Source: Alphaproteobacteria bacterium (GTDB taxonomy: Bacteria; Pseudomonadota; Alphaproteobacteria; UBA828). From it: 64,000 nucleotides of DNA. Shown here piece after piece: positions 54,576 through 64,000 of the stretch. The stretch is from the NCBI GenBank assembly GCA_963667785.2, contig CAXXMU010000001.1:160001-224000 (forward strand), given 5' to 3'. A program made the position numbers and the translations under genes. The notes beneath the pieces are model-generated. The model was not told the DNA's origin. It ran no database searches and was given only the letters and a program-made list of their open reading frames with translations. Position 1 is the stretch's first letter; each line of letters begins with the position of its first letter.

Positions 54576-55280
54576 ATGGCTGAGCGGATGGTCGACCTGA
54601 CGTTGACGCTGACCGACAACATGCCGGCGCACAAGCTCTTCCAGCGGCCGGTCATCGTGCCCCACTACACCCACGAGCAGACCCGCGAGCAGTTCTTCCT
54701 GGGCGTCGAGGACGACCGCCTCTCCTTCGCCACCACCTACATGGGCATGATCGACCATATAGGCACCCACGTGGATGCCTTCTACCACGTCAATCCCGAC
54801 GGCGCGCCGGTGGACCAGATGCCGCTCGACATGTTCATGGGCAAGGCGGTCTGCTGGGACCTGACCCATATCCCCGACCTCGGCGACATCGACGTGGCCG
54901 ACTTCGAGGCGGCGGAGGAGAAGGGAGGGGTCAAGGTGGACGGCCACATCGTGCTGCTCAACACCGGCCTCCACAACCGCCACTACCCGGACGTGAAGTC
55001 GGTCTGGAGCAATCCCGGCATCACCGCGGCCGCGACCCACTGGCTGGCGGACCGGGGCTCGAAGCTGCACGGCGTCGAGGGCCCGTCGACCGACAAGCCG
55101 TCGGACAATCTCTTCCCCAACCACCGCGTCTGCCGCGACCGCGGCATCGCCCACTACGAGTGGCTCATCAACCTGGAGGAGCTGGTCGGCAAGGGCGAGT
55201 TCATGTTCTACGGGCCGCCCATCAAGCTCGGCAACGGCAGCGGCGCGCCCGTCCGCGCCTGGGCGATCGTCGACGAGTAG
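54576..55280 (+). CDS. Cyclase family (kynurenine formamidase-like) metallohydrolase
   Basis: HIGTHVDAFYH, GSGAPVRA. Confidence 0.92.
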   Translation: MAERMVDLTLTLTDNMPAHKLFQRPVIVPHYTHEQTREQFFLGVEDDRLSFATTYMGMIDHIGTHVDAFYHVNPDGAPVDQMPLDMFMGKAVCWDLTHIPDLGDIDVADFEAAEEKGGVKVDGHIVLLNTGLHNRHYPDVKSVWSNPGITAAATHWLADRGSKLHGVEGPSTDKPSDNLFPNHRVCRDRGIAHYEWLINLEELVGKGEFMFYGPPIKLGNGSGAPVRAWAIVDE

Positions 55281-55318
55281 GTCGCGCCGGCCGCCGCTCG
55301 GTACCGGGAGAGGCGCCG

Positions 55319-56407
55319 GTGACACGCATCGACGAGCGCACGGTCGACGAGCGGATCCCCATCACGCTGCTCACGGGCTTCCTCGGCGCCGGCAAGACCA
55401 CCCTCGTCAACCGCCTGCTCGCAGCGCCTAACGCCGGCAGGATCGCCGTCATCGTCAACGAGTTCGGCGAGATCGGCATCGACGGCGACCTCATCGCCCG
55501 CGCCAGCGAGGACATGCTGGAGCTGACCAACGGCTGCATCTGCTGCGCCGCCCAGGGCGATCTGATGGACGGGCTCAACCGTCTGTTCCTGCGCAAGGTG
55601 GGCCTCGCCGAGCCTAGCATCGACTTCGACAAGATCGTGATCGAGACCACGGGGATCGCCGATCCCTCGCCGCTGGCCCGGCTGTTCTACACCGACATGA
55701 AGCTCGACCTCACCTTCCGCCTCGACGCGGTGCTGACAGTGGTGGACCTCAAGCACGTGCGAGGCCAGCTCGCGCGCTCGCCGGAGGCGGAGAAGCAGGT
55801 CGCCATCGCCGACAAGCTGATCTTCAACAAGCGCGACCTGGTGGACGACGACGAATTCGCCACCGCCGTGGCGGCGGTCGAGCGCCTCAACCCCTTCTCG
55901 GTCAAGGAGGTCACCACCCACGGCGCGCTGCCGGCAGACCGGCTGCTCGACCTCGACCTCTTCGAGCCCAAGCGCCGTGACGACATGGTGGGAGCCTGGA
56001 TCGGCGCCGACCGGCCGGCGGAGGCCGGCGCCAGCGACGAGGGTCACGGCCACGACGACCCTGTCCACACGCCAGGCGTGGGCGCGGTCTGCCTGCAGGG
56101 CCGGGAGCCGCTCGAGTGGAACGCGCTGCTCCGCTTCCTCCTGGAGCTGACGCAGGAGAAGGGCGAGGACCTCTTCCGGGTCAAGGGCATGGTCCATTTC
56201 CAGAACGTCGAGAAGCCGGTGATCCTGCAGGGCGTGCAGGCGACCTTCAGCCCGCCGACCTATGCCGAGGCGTGGCCGCGCGGCGAGGTCGCGACGCGGA
56301 TCGTGGTGATCGGCCGCGACCTCGACGAGGCGGCGATGCAGGCGCGCTTCAAGGCATGCGTGGCGAGGCGGGACGCCGTGCTCGATCGCGGCCTCGGCGC
56401 CATCTGA
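55319..56407 (+). CDS. CobW/COG0523 metallochaperone GTPase
   Basis: GFLGAGKTT, NEFGE, GCICC, ETTG, RVKG. Confidence 0.93.
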   Translation: MTRIDERTVDERIPITLLTGFLGAGKTTLVNRLLAAPNAGRIAVIVNEFGEIGIDGDLIARASEDMLELTNGCICCAAQGDLMDGLNRLFLRKVGLAEPSIDFDKIVIETTGIADPSPLARLFYTDMKLDLTFRLDAVLTVVDLKHVRGQLARSPEAEKQVAIADKLIFNKRDLVDDDEFATAVAAVERLNPFSVKEVTTHGALPADRLLDLDLFEPKRRDDMVGAWIGADRPAEAGASDEGHGHDDPVHTPGVGAVCLQGREPLEWNALLRFLLELTQEKGEDLFRVKGMVHFQNVEKPVILQGVQATFSPPTYAEAWPRGEVATRIVVIGRDLDEAAMQARFKACVARRDAVLDRGLGAI

Positions 56408-56432
56408 ACGACGATCCGGGCAGGAGAGGACC

Positions 56433-57827
56433 ATGAGCTTCGCCTACATGACGGCGCTCGAACTGAAGGACCTGCTGGCCAGGGGCAGCATCTCGCCGGT
56501 GGAGCTGGTCGCCGACACGCTCGCCCGCCAGGAGGCGCTGGAGCCCCGGATCAACGCCTTCGTCACGGCGACGCCGGAGGTGGCGCTCGCCGCGGCCCGC
56601 GCGCAGGAGCGCGCCATCGCTGCGGGCGAGGGGGGCGCGATCGCCGGCCTGCCGGTCTCGGTCAAGGACCTGGTGGCCATGGCCGGCGTGCCGCTCACCT
56701 TCGGCTCGCGCCCTTTCGCGGACAACGTGGCGGATGCCGACGCGCCGGCGGTGGAGCGGATCAGGGAGGCCGGCGGCTGCATCGTCGGCAAGACCACCAC
56801 CAGCGAGTTCGGCTGCAAGGCGGTCTGCGACAGCCCGCTCACCGGCATCACCCGCAACCCCTGGGACCTGGAGAGGACCCCCGGCGGCTCCAGCGGCGGC
56901 GCCGGCGCGAGCGTCGCCGCCGGGCTCACGCCGTTTGCGCTCGGCACCGACGGCGGCGGCTCGGTGCGGATTCCGTCGGCGCTCTGCGGCCTCTTCGGCA
57001 TCAAGGCGCAGTTCGGCCGCGTCCCCGTGTTCCCGGTCTCCGCCGCGCCCACCCTCTCCCACGTCGGCTCGATGGCGCGCACGGTGCGGGATGCCGCGCT
57101 GCTGCTCGGCGTCATGGCCGGCCACGACCGTCGCGATGCCTTCGGCGTCGCCGGGCCCACGCCGGATTTCCTCGCCGCCTGCGATGCGGGCGCGGACGGG
57201 ATGCGGATCGCCTGGAGCCCCACCTTCGGCTACGCCGCGCCGGAGCCCGAGGTCGCGGCCCTCTGCGAAGCGGCCGCCCGGCGCTTCGAGGCGCTGGGCT
57301 GCACCGTCGAGCTGGTGGAGGACGCGCTGGGCGCCGACCCGGTCGAGATCTGGATGGCGGAGTTCTACGGCGGCATCGGCACCAAGCTGAAGGACCTGAT
57401 GGCGGAAAGGCCCGAGGAGCTGGACCCCGCCGTGGTCGCGACGCTCGGCGCCGGGCTCGACCGCTCGATGGTGGCGTATTTCGAGCAGCTCTTCGCCCGC
57501 TACGAGTTCCGCGAGCGCATGCGCCAGCTCTTCGAGCGCTACGACCTGCTGCTCTCGCCGACGCTGCCGTGCGCCGCGTTCGCGGCGGGCCACGACACGC
57601 CGCCGGGGCTGGGGGCGCGCAACATCGTCTCCTGGGTCTACTACACCTATCCCTTCAACCTGACCGGCCAGCCGGCGGCCTCGATCCCGGCGGGCTTCAC
57701 CGAGGCCGGGCTGCCGGTGGGCCTGCAGATGGTCGCCGGCATCAATCGCGAGGCGGACATCCTGCGCGCCGCCGCGGCCTACGAGGAAGCGGCGCCTTGG
57801 GCGGACCGCCGGCCGCCGCTGGGCTGA
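56433..57827 (+). CDS. Amidase (amidase signature family)
   Basis: VKDL, GGSSGG, GTDGGGSVRIP. Confidence 0.95.
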   Translation: MSFAYMTALELKDLLARGSISPVELVADTLARQEALEPRINAFVTATPEVALAAARAQERAIAAGEGGAIAGLPVSVKDLVAMAGVPLTFGSRPFADNVADADAPAVERIREAGGCIVGKTTTSEFGCKAVCDSPLTGITRNPWDLERTPGGSSGGAGASVAAGLTPFALGTDGGGSVRIPSALCGLFGIKAQFGRVPVFPVSAAPTLSHVGSMARTVRDAALLLGVMAGHDRRDAFGVAGPTPDFLAACDAGADGMRIAWSPTFGYAAPEPEVAALCEAAARRFEALGCTVELVEDALGADPVEIWMAEFYGGIGTKLKDLMAERPEELDPAVVATLGAGLDRSMVAYFEQLFARYEFRERMRQLFERYDLLLSPTLPCAAFAAGHDTPPGLGARNIVSWVYYTYPFNLTGQPAASIPAGFTEAGLPVGLQMVAGINREADILRAAAAYEEAAPWADRRPPLG

Positions 57828-57874
57828 TCCCGGCCGAGGGCTCAACGCGAAGCAGACAGCAAGGGGAGGCGGCG

Positions 57875-58561
57875 ATGCCGCTCGATGACGAGGTCCGCAA
57901 GGCGCTCGACACCATCTTCTCCGGCGACGCCGGGCTCTACCGGACGCGCGGCTGGAACCAGCGCTCCGGCTTCGGCACGCGGCCGGCGCTTCTCAACATC
58001 GACCTCGCCAACGCCTGGACCCGCCCGGGCCACCGCTTCTCCTGCGAGGACATGGACGAGCGGATCATCCCCGGCGTGCAGCGCCTGCTCGCAGCCGCCC
58101 GGGCCAAGCGGGTGCCGATCGTCTACACCACCACCGCCTTCTGCAGCCGCTTCGACATGGGCGCCTTCCCGCTCAAGAAACCCTTCGAGGATCTCATGCT
58201 GGGGACGGAAGCGACCGAGATCGACGACCGCGTCGCGCCGGAAGAGGGCGTCGACACGCTGATCGTCAAGAAGCGGCCGAGCGCCTTCGCCGGCACCCAT
58301 CTCGGCGGCATCCTGCGCGCCGGCGGCATCGACACGCTGATCTGCACCGGCGTCACCATGGCGAGCTGCGTCCGGCACACGGTGGAGGATGCGCTTGGCG
58401 AGGGCTTCCGCACCGTGCTGGTGCGCGAGTGCGTCGGCGACCGCGTGCCCGCCGCGATCGAGTGGAACCTGTTCGACCTCGACATGAAGTATTGCGACGT
58501 CGAGCCGCTTGAGCGGGTGTTGGCCTACCTCGACGATCTGGAGCCCTTCGTCGACGGCTAG
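57875..58561 (+). CDS. Isochorismatase family (N-carbamoylsarcosine amidase-like)
   Basis: PALLNIDLANAW, KKRPSAF, SCVRHT. Confidence 0.9.
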   Translation: MPLDDEVRKALDTIFSGDAGLYRTRGWNQRSGFGTRPALLNIDLANAWTRPGHRFSCEDMDERIIPGVQRLLAAARAKRVPIVYTTTAFCSRFDMGAFPLKKPFEDLMLGTEATEIDDRVAPEEGVDTLIVKKRPSAFAGTHLGGILRAGGIDTLICTGVTMASCVRHTVEDALGEGFRTVLVRECVGDRVPAAIEWNLFDLDMKYCDVEPLERVLAYLDDLEPFVDG

Positions 58562-59238
58562 CCTTCCCCGCCCGTCAGCGGGACGAAGGCGACCGGCAGC
58601 ACGCGGCGTACCTCGGTGGTGCCGTCGGCGCGCTTGCCGATGCGCTGCAGGCTCTGGGTCCTCGCGGCCCGGCCCACGGGGATGACGAGGCGTCCGCCGG
58701 GCCCGAGCTGTGCCACCAGCGCGGGCGGCACCGAGGGCGCGGCGGCGGTGACGATGATGCCGTCGAAGGGGGCCCGCTCGGGCCAGCCGGCATGGCCGTC
58801 GCCGGTGCGTATGGCGGCGTCCGCATGCCCCAGTGCCGCGAGGCGTGCCGCCGCGGCCTCCGCCAGCGGCGCCACGATCTCGAGCGAGTGGACCGCAGCA
58901 CCGAGCGCGCAGAGGATCGCGGTCTGGTAGCCGCAGCCGGTGCCGACCTCGAGGATGCGCGCGCCCGGCTCGATGTCGAGCAGCTCGGTCATCAGCGCGA
59001 CGATGAAGGGCTGGGAGATGGTCTGCCTGTGGCCGATGGGGAGCGGCCGGTTCTCGTAGGCGAGCGCCCTATCCGCCTCGGCCACGAAGGCCTCGCGGGG
59101 GACGCTGCGCATGGCGTCCAGCACCGCCGCCGCGATCTCCGGCCGCCCGGTGAGCGCGCCGGTCTCCCGCGCATCGCGCGCGATCGCCTCCAGCATCGTG
59201 TCTGCGGTCGCGTGCCGTTCGGCCGGGCGGCGGAACAT
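58558..59238 (-). CDS. pcm: Protein-L-isoaspartate O-methyltransferase
   Basis: QTISQP, LEVGTGCGYQ, APFDGIIVTAA, FVPL. Confidence 0.93.
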   Translation of the reverse strand: MFRRPAERHATADTMLEAIARDARETGALTGRPEIAAAVLDAMRSVPREAFVAEADRALAYENRPLPIGHRQTISQPFIVALMTELLDIEPGARILEVGTGCGYQTAILCALGAAVHSLEIVAPLAEAAAARLAALGHADAAIRTGDGHAGWPERAPFDGIIVTAAAPSVPPALVAQLGPGGRLVIPVGRAARTQSLQRIGKRADGTTEVRRVLPVAFVPLTGGEG

Positions 59239-59366
59239 CGTCCGGGTGCGCTCCTCGCGGCGAGGATGGCACAGTCGCGCCCGGCCCGCCATGCGCGGGC
59301 GCGCCCGCCGTGCTAAACCCCCGGCGCAGACGGCGCGCTGCCCGGTTCCGACGAGCGACGGCGAGC

Positions 59367-60704
59367 ATGAGCAAGCGGCAGATGGTCCTGGTGGGCTTCC
59401 TCCAGGCGCAGAACTGTTCCAACTACCCCGCGTCCTGGCGTCACCCGGAATCCGCCTCCGACTTCCTCAGCGCCGACTACTACCAGCGGATCGCGCGCAT
59501 CCTCGAGGCCGGCAAGTTCCACATCGCCTTCTTCGACGACCGCCTGGCCCTACCCGACATCTATGGCGGCGACCACGCCGAGGCGGTGCGCCACGGCGTG
59601 CGGGTGGTCAAGATGGACCCGCTCCCGGTGCTGACGATGATGGGGGCGGCGACGGCGCGGCTCGGGCTGGGCGCCACCTGCTCGACCACCTACTACCAGC
59701 CGTTCCACGTGGCGCGCATGTTCTCCACCCTCGATCACATGAGCGGCGGCCGCGCGGCCTGGAACGTGGTGACCTCGCTCAACGATTCCGAGGCCGCCAA
59801 CTATGGCGCCGACAGCGTGATCGAGCACAACGAGCGCTACGACCGCGCCGACGAGTTCATGGAGGTGGTGCTCGGCCACTGGGATGCGTGGGACGAGCAC
59901 GCGATCGTCCTCGACAAGGAGCGTGGCCTCTTCGCCGAGCCTTCAGCCGTGCGCAGGCTGGACCACGAGGGCCGCTTCCTCCGCTCGCGCGGGCCCTTCA
60001 CGGTGCCGCGCACGCCGCAGGGGCGCCCCATCGTCATTCAGGCGGGGCAGAGCGGGCGCGGGCGGCAGTTCGCCGCGCGCTGGGCCGACGTGATCTTCGC
60101 GATCTATCCGACCCTCGAGTTCGGCCAAAAGGCCTATGCCGCGACCCGCGAGGCCGCCGCCGAGGCCGGACGCGGGACAGACTCCTTCCGGCTCACGCCG
60201 GCGATCTACGTCACGGTGGCCGAGAGCCAGGCGGAGGCAGACGAGAAGGCCGCCTTCATCGCCGGGCTCGCGCGCCCGATCGACACGCTGGCGCTGCTTT
60301 CCGAGGCGCTCAACTACGACTTCGCGGCCAAGCCGCCGGATGAGCCCTTCAGCGACGAGGAGATGGCCTCGATCAGCGGCCTCCAGGCGATCCGCGACAG
60401 GGTGGTGACGCTGAGCGGCAATCCGCACCCGACCGTCGAGGACTTCGTCACCTACAGCCGGCGCGGCACGGTGGGCGAGATGCCCCACTTCGTCGGCACG
60501 CCGGCGGGCGTCGCCGACCAGATGGCGGCATGGTTCGAGGGCGGGGCCTGCGACGGCTTCGTGCTCGCCGCCACGCACATGCCGGGCGCCTACGAGGATG
60601 TCGTGCGCCTCGTGGTGCCCGAGCTACAGCGACGTGGGCTTTTCCACGAGGACTATGCCGGCCCGACGCTCAGGGAGAACCTCGGCCTGCCGCCCGCGCC
60701 GTAA
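59367..60704 (+). CDS. LLM-class FMN-dependent monooxygenase (NtaA/DszA family)
   Basis: SWRHP, TLDHMSGGRAAWNVVTS, QAGQS, VVPELQRRG...TLRENLG. Confidence 0.93.
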   Translation: MSKRQMVLVGFLQAQNCSNYPASWRHPESASDFLSADYYQRIARILEAGKFHIAFFDDRLALPDIYGGDHAEAVRHGVRVVKMDPLPVLTMMGAATARLGLGATCSTTYYQPFHVARMFSTLDHMSGGRAAWNVVTSLNDSEAANYGADSVIEHNERYDRADEFMEVVLGHWDAWDEHAIVLDKERGLFAEPSAVRRLDHEGRFLRSRGPFTVPRTPQGRPIVIQAGQSGRGRQFAARWADVIFAIYPTLEFGQKAYAATREAAAEAGRGTDSFRLTPAIYVTVAESQAEADEKAAFIAGLARPIDTLALLSEALNYDFAAKPPDEPFSDEEMASISGLQAIRDRVVTLSGNPHPTVEDFVTYSRRGTVGEMPHFVGTPAGVADQMAAWFEGGACDGFVLAATHMPGAYEDVVRLVVPELQRRGLFHEDYAGPTLRENLGLPPAP

Positions 60705-60737
60705 GGGGAGCGGGGCGGGGTTCCGCTCAGCCCGTGG

Positions 60738-61607
60738 TCAGCACTTGAGGATCGGGCGGGCGGGCTTGCCGGCGATCGCGGGCCTGAGCGCGGACCAGGC
60801 GTTGAACAGTGCCTCGTGGGCCTGCCACGTCTCCTGGCTCAGGACGCGGACGATCACCAGTTGGCCGATGCGGGTGACGCCGGCCTCGGTGCCGTCGACA
60901 CCCGCGATCGCCTCGTGCACCTCATCCTCGACGCCGGGCGCGAGGTCCGGCGCGTAGGCAAAGGCGGTCGCCATGTGCAGCCGGCCGAGCCAGAGCCGCT
61001 CCAGCGCCGCGATGGTCTCGGGCTCGGTCGCGACCAGGCGGTCGAGGGCGACCGGGCGGCCGTCGACGGCGATGCGGAACTCCGAGACCAGATGGTGGAA
61101 GCGGAAGACCTCGCCGTCGCCGTAGTGCACGCGGCCGGCCGAGACCATGTCGGTGGCGAAGAGTCGCGAGGACGGCGCCAGCTCGATCCGGTTGAGCCGG
61201 TGCACGCGGCTGCGGGCGAAGGGGATCGCCTCGTCCGGGCAGAACTCCAGCAGCGCGCCTTCGCCCACGTGAAGGTCGACGATCTCGCGCGAGACGGCGC
61301 CGCCGGGGCACTTGTAGAACTTGCTCGACGCCGTGGTGGTGAAGAGCGCGCGGGTGCCCGGCTCCAGCACCGCATGGAAGTGCGAGACGTCGCCCTCGAC
61401 GAAGCCGCCGCCGCTGTTGACCAGCAGCATGAACGGCTGGTCGTCGTGATCCTGGTAGTGGTAGCCCTGCCACTGGAAGGGGATGCGCCAGCTGTGGGGG
61501 TCGATCTCCGTGCGCCCCAGGCGGGCCTGGGCGCGCACGTTCATCAGCGCGTACTTGCCGACGATCCACTCCGGATCAGGCAGTACCGGCGCGCCGCTCG
61601 GCTCCAC
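60738..61607 (-). CDS. ureD: Urease accessory protein UreD
   Basis: [25 protein letters not shown]; operon context. Confidence 0.88.
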   Translation of the reverse strand: MEPSGAPVLPDPEWIVGKYALMNVRAQARLGRTEIDPHSWRIPFQWQGYHYQDHDDQPFMLLVNSGGGFVEGDVSHFHAVLEPGTRALFTTTASSKFYKCPGGAVSREIVDLHVGEGALLEFCPDEAIPFARSRVHRLNRIELAPSSRLFATDMVSAGRVHYGDGEVFRFHHLVSEFRIAVDGRPVALDRLVATEPETIAALERLWLGRLHMATAFAYAPDLAPGVEDEVHEAIAGVDGTEAGVTRIGQLVIVRVLSQETWQAHEALFNAWSALRPAIAGKPARPILKC

Positions 61608-62220
61608 CGTGGCCTTCCATCAGGAGAACGTCGCGCTCGATCCAGCCGATCACGTCTGCCAGCCCCTCGCCGGCGCGCAGGTTGGTGAAGAGGAAGGGCC
61701 GCTCGCCCCGCATCCTCTTCGAATCGCGCTCCATCACGCCGAGGTCCGCGCCCACCATCGGCGCGAGGTCGATCTTGTTGATGACGAGCAGCGGCGACTT
61801 GGTGATGCCTGGCCCCCCCTTGCGCGGGATCTTGTCGCCCTCGGCCACGTCGATCACGTAGATGTAGCTGTCCACCAGCTCCGGGCTGAAGGTTGCCGCC
61901 AGGTTGTCGCCCCCGCTCTCGACGAAGACGATGTCGAGGTCGGGATGCAGCGCCGCCATCTCCTCGATGGCATGGGCGTTCATGGAGACGTCCTCGCGGA
62001 TGGCGGTGTGCGGGCAGCCGCCCGTCTCCACGCCCGCCACGCGCTCGGGCGCGATGGCGCCGCTCCTGACGACGAACTCGGCGTCCTCCTTGGTGTAGAT
62101 GTCGTTGGTGATGGCGGCCAGCGAATGGTGCTCGCCCATGCTGCGGCAGAGCGACACCAGAAGCGCCGTCTTGCCCGATCCCACCGGCCCGCCGATGCCG
62201 ATCCTCACCGGCTTGCGCAT
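61576..62220 (-). CDS. ureG: Urease accessory GTPase UreG
   Basis: [23 protein letters not shown]. Confidence 0.97.
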   Translation of the reverse strand: MRKPVRIGIGGPVGSGKTALLVSLCRSMGEHHSLAAITNDIYTKEDAEFVVRSGAIAPERVAGVETGGCPHTAIREDVSMNAHAIEEMAALHPDLDIVFVESGGDNLAATFSPELVDSYIYVIDVAEGDKIPRKGGPGITKSPLLVINKIDLAPMVGADLGVMERDSKRMRGERPFLFTNLRAGEGLADVIGWIERDVLLMEGHGGAERRAGTA

Positions 62221-62256
62221 TCCGCGATCCTCCTCGCTCGTCCCGTGTCTAACCTA

Positions 62257-62955
62257 TCATGACATGCAGAGCCGCGTGTGCAGGCGCTCGTGCCGCATGC
62301 TGGCGACGTCGAGGCCGGCGGTCGCGCTGCCGAGCGCGTCCAGCTCCATGGCGCAGGCCGCGTCCGCCCCTTCCGTGAGCAGCGGCCAGGCCTCGCGGAT
62401 GATCCTCTGGCTCTCGATCTGGCCGAGCGGGATCAGCCGCGCGCCGACGCCGACGAGGTTGGAGAGGCCAGCGTGCAGGAAGGCGAGGGTTGCCTCGCCG
62501 ACGGCGATGCCCTGCGCCTCGGCGGCTGCGCCGAAGATCACGGCCTGATGCCCTTCGCAGCGCCGCTCGCGCACCGCGTCCGCGAAGGGCGCGAGCGGAT
62601 CGGCCGAGAAGACGTCGCGATAGGCGCCCAGCAGGGCGCGGCCGGTCTTGAACGAGGCCTCGCGCGATTCCCGGCTGAGCTTGAGCGCGCCGACGACACG
62701 GTCGAGTTCCACCAGCGCGTCGAGGTCGCCTGCCACAGCGAGACGATGAGCGTGGGCGACGGCGGCGCCATCCGTCGGCGCGGCGCCGTAGCGGAGCCAG
62801 TCCCGGCAGGCGCTCTCGAAGCGCGCGCCGTCGTCGAGCGTGCCCGCGTCGATCCAGGTCTCGAAGCCGTAGGAGTGGTTGAACGCGCCTGTGGGGAACG
62901 AGGCGTTCGCGACCTGCAGCAGGTAGAGCAGCCGGTCGGGCGCGTCAGTGGTCAT
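62257..62955 (-). CDS. ureF: Urease accessory protein UreF
   Basis: FPTGAFNHSYGFE, HERLHTRLCMS. Confidence 0.93.
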   Translation of the reverse strand: MTTDAPDRLLYLLQVANASFPTGAFNHSYGFETWIDAGTLDDGARFESACRDWLRYGAAPTDGAAVAHAHRLAVAGDLDALVELDRVVGALKLSRESREASFKTGRALLGAYRDVFSADPLAPFADAVRERRCEGHQAVIFGAAAEAQGIAVGEATLAFLHAGLSNLVGVGARLIPLGQIESQRIIREAWPLLTEGADAACAMELDALGSATAGLDVASMRHERLHTRLCMS

Positions 62956-63427
62956 GGTGATGGTCGTGGTGATCGTGATGGTGGTGCGCGCCGTGGGCGC
63001 CGAAGCGCCGGCCGACGAAGGGCATGGTGCGCTCCTCGAAGGCGATGCCGAGGCGCGTGAGCAGGTCGGCCACCATGGGATCGGCCGGCGTCAGCATGCC
63101 GGCCTCGGTGAAGCGGACGGGCCTGTGCAGGTTGCCGAGCTGGTAGCCCGCGACGCCCCAGGTGAAGGCGTCGTCGGGGCTGACGACATAGAGCGCCTCC
63201 GGCGCCGCGCGGGCCACCACGGCGGTGGTGCCGTCGAGCGCCAGCACGTCGCCGTCGTTGATCTCGGTGCCGCGCGGCAGCGAGATGCGCACGGCGCGGC
63301 CGCCCTCCGAACGCGCGGCCAGGTGGGCGCTTGCGCGCTCCTCCGAGTTCAGCAGGATCGGGTCCTCGCTCGCGATGCGCCCGCGCATGCTGTCCACGGT
63401 GCCGAGCACCGCCGTGACGATCGCCAT
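62945..63427 (-). CDS. ureE: Urease accessory protein UreE
   Basis: LPRG...DGDVL, LGNLH, His-rich tail. Confidence 0.92.
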   Translation of the reverse strand: MAIVTAVLGTVDSMRGRIASEDPILLNSEERASAHLAARSEGGRAVRISLPRGTEINDGDVLALDGTTAVVARAAPEALYVVSPDDAFTWGVAGYQLGNLHRPVRFTEAGMLTPADPMVADLLTRLGIAFEERTMPFVGRRFGAHGAHHHHDHHDHHHDH

Positions 63428-63451
63428 GCGCGCTAAGGCCCGCCGGGCCCC

Positions 63452-64000
63452 CTAGCGGAAGTAGAAGAGCTGGGTCAGCGGCAGGGTCTTGGCCGGCTTC
63501 ACCGTGATGCGCTCGCCATCGACGTAGACGTTGTAGGTCTCGGGGTCGATCTCGATGTCGGGCAGCGCGTCGTTGTGGATCATGTCGCGCTTGGAGATGG
63601 TGCGGCAGCGCTTCACCGGCTTGAGCTGCTGGGTCTCGATCCGGTTCGCGAGCCCGTTGTCGAGCGCGGCCTTGGTCACGAACGAGTAGCTCGTCCGCTT
63701 CGGGTTCACGCCGAGGGAGCCGTACTGCGGGCGGTACTTGAGCGGCTGCCCGGTCATCAGCGAGCCGGCGGGATCGCCCATGACCGCGTGCGAGATGAAG
63801 CCGCCCTTCAGCGTCACCTCGGGCTTGGCGATGAAGAACTCCGGCCGCCAGAAGACGAGATCCGCGAGCTTGCCCGGCGTGATCGAGCCCACGTAGGAAT
63901 CGACGCCGAAGCAGATCGACGGGTTGATCGTCACCTTGGCGAGGTAGCGCTTGATCCGGAAGTTGTCGTTGCCGGTGCCGTCCTCGGAGAGACGGCCGAA
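63452..64000 (-). CDS. ureC: Urease alpha subunit, 3' part
   Basis: DNFRIKRYLAKVTINP, GKLADLV.W, LPLTQLF; truncated by the window end. Confidence 0.93.
   Translation of the reverse strand, partial: FGRLSEDGTGNDNFRIKRYLAKVTINPSICFGVDSYVGSITPGKLADLVFWRPEFFIAKPEVTLKGGFISHAVMGDPAGSLMTGQPLKYRPQYGSLGVNPKRTSYSFVTKAALDNGLANRIETQQLKPVKRCRTISKRDMIHNDALPDIEIDPETYNVYVDGERITVKPAKTLPLTQLFYFR

Overview
High-GC, probably alphaproteobacterial chromosome (GcrA, DUF1489, soxBDAG, alpha-type palindromic repeats) carrying an apparently complete 39,208-bp Mu-like transposable myo-prophage at 14072-53279. The prophage has TG...CA termini, an imperfect 29-bp terminal inverted repeat and a 5-bp target duplication (GCGAC). 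Its layout is not Mu-canonical. The repressor/transposase region is central and the late genes form two divergent arms: lysis-terminase-portal-gpF to the right, protease-capsid-tail to the left. Each arm is headed by the same perfect 24-bp palindrome. Other notable phage features: GANTC-containing end repeats together with a phage DnaA-I/GcrA/DnaA-IV module; a MuF protein with a BECR-like C-terminal domain followed by a four-way-junction RNA-like element; an Acb2/Tad1-like candidate sponge; a T4-type PAAR cassette; a lambda-like three-operator switch; and a cluster of long G/C homopolymer tracts. Host flanks: SDR, CoA ligase, sarcosine oxidase, metY and an amidohydrolase/DUF59 pair on the left; a cyclase/CobW/amidase cluster, pcm, an LLM monooxygenase and ureCEFGD on the right. 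Family assignments come from motif recognition by eye, not database searches.
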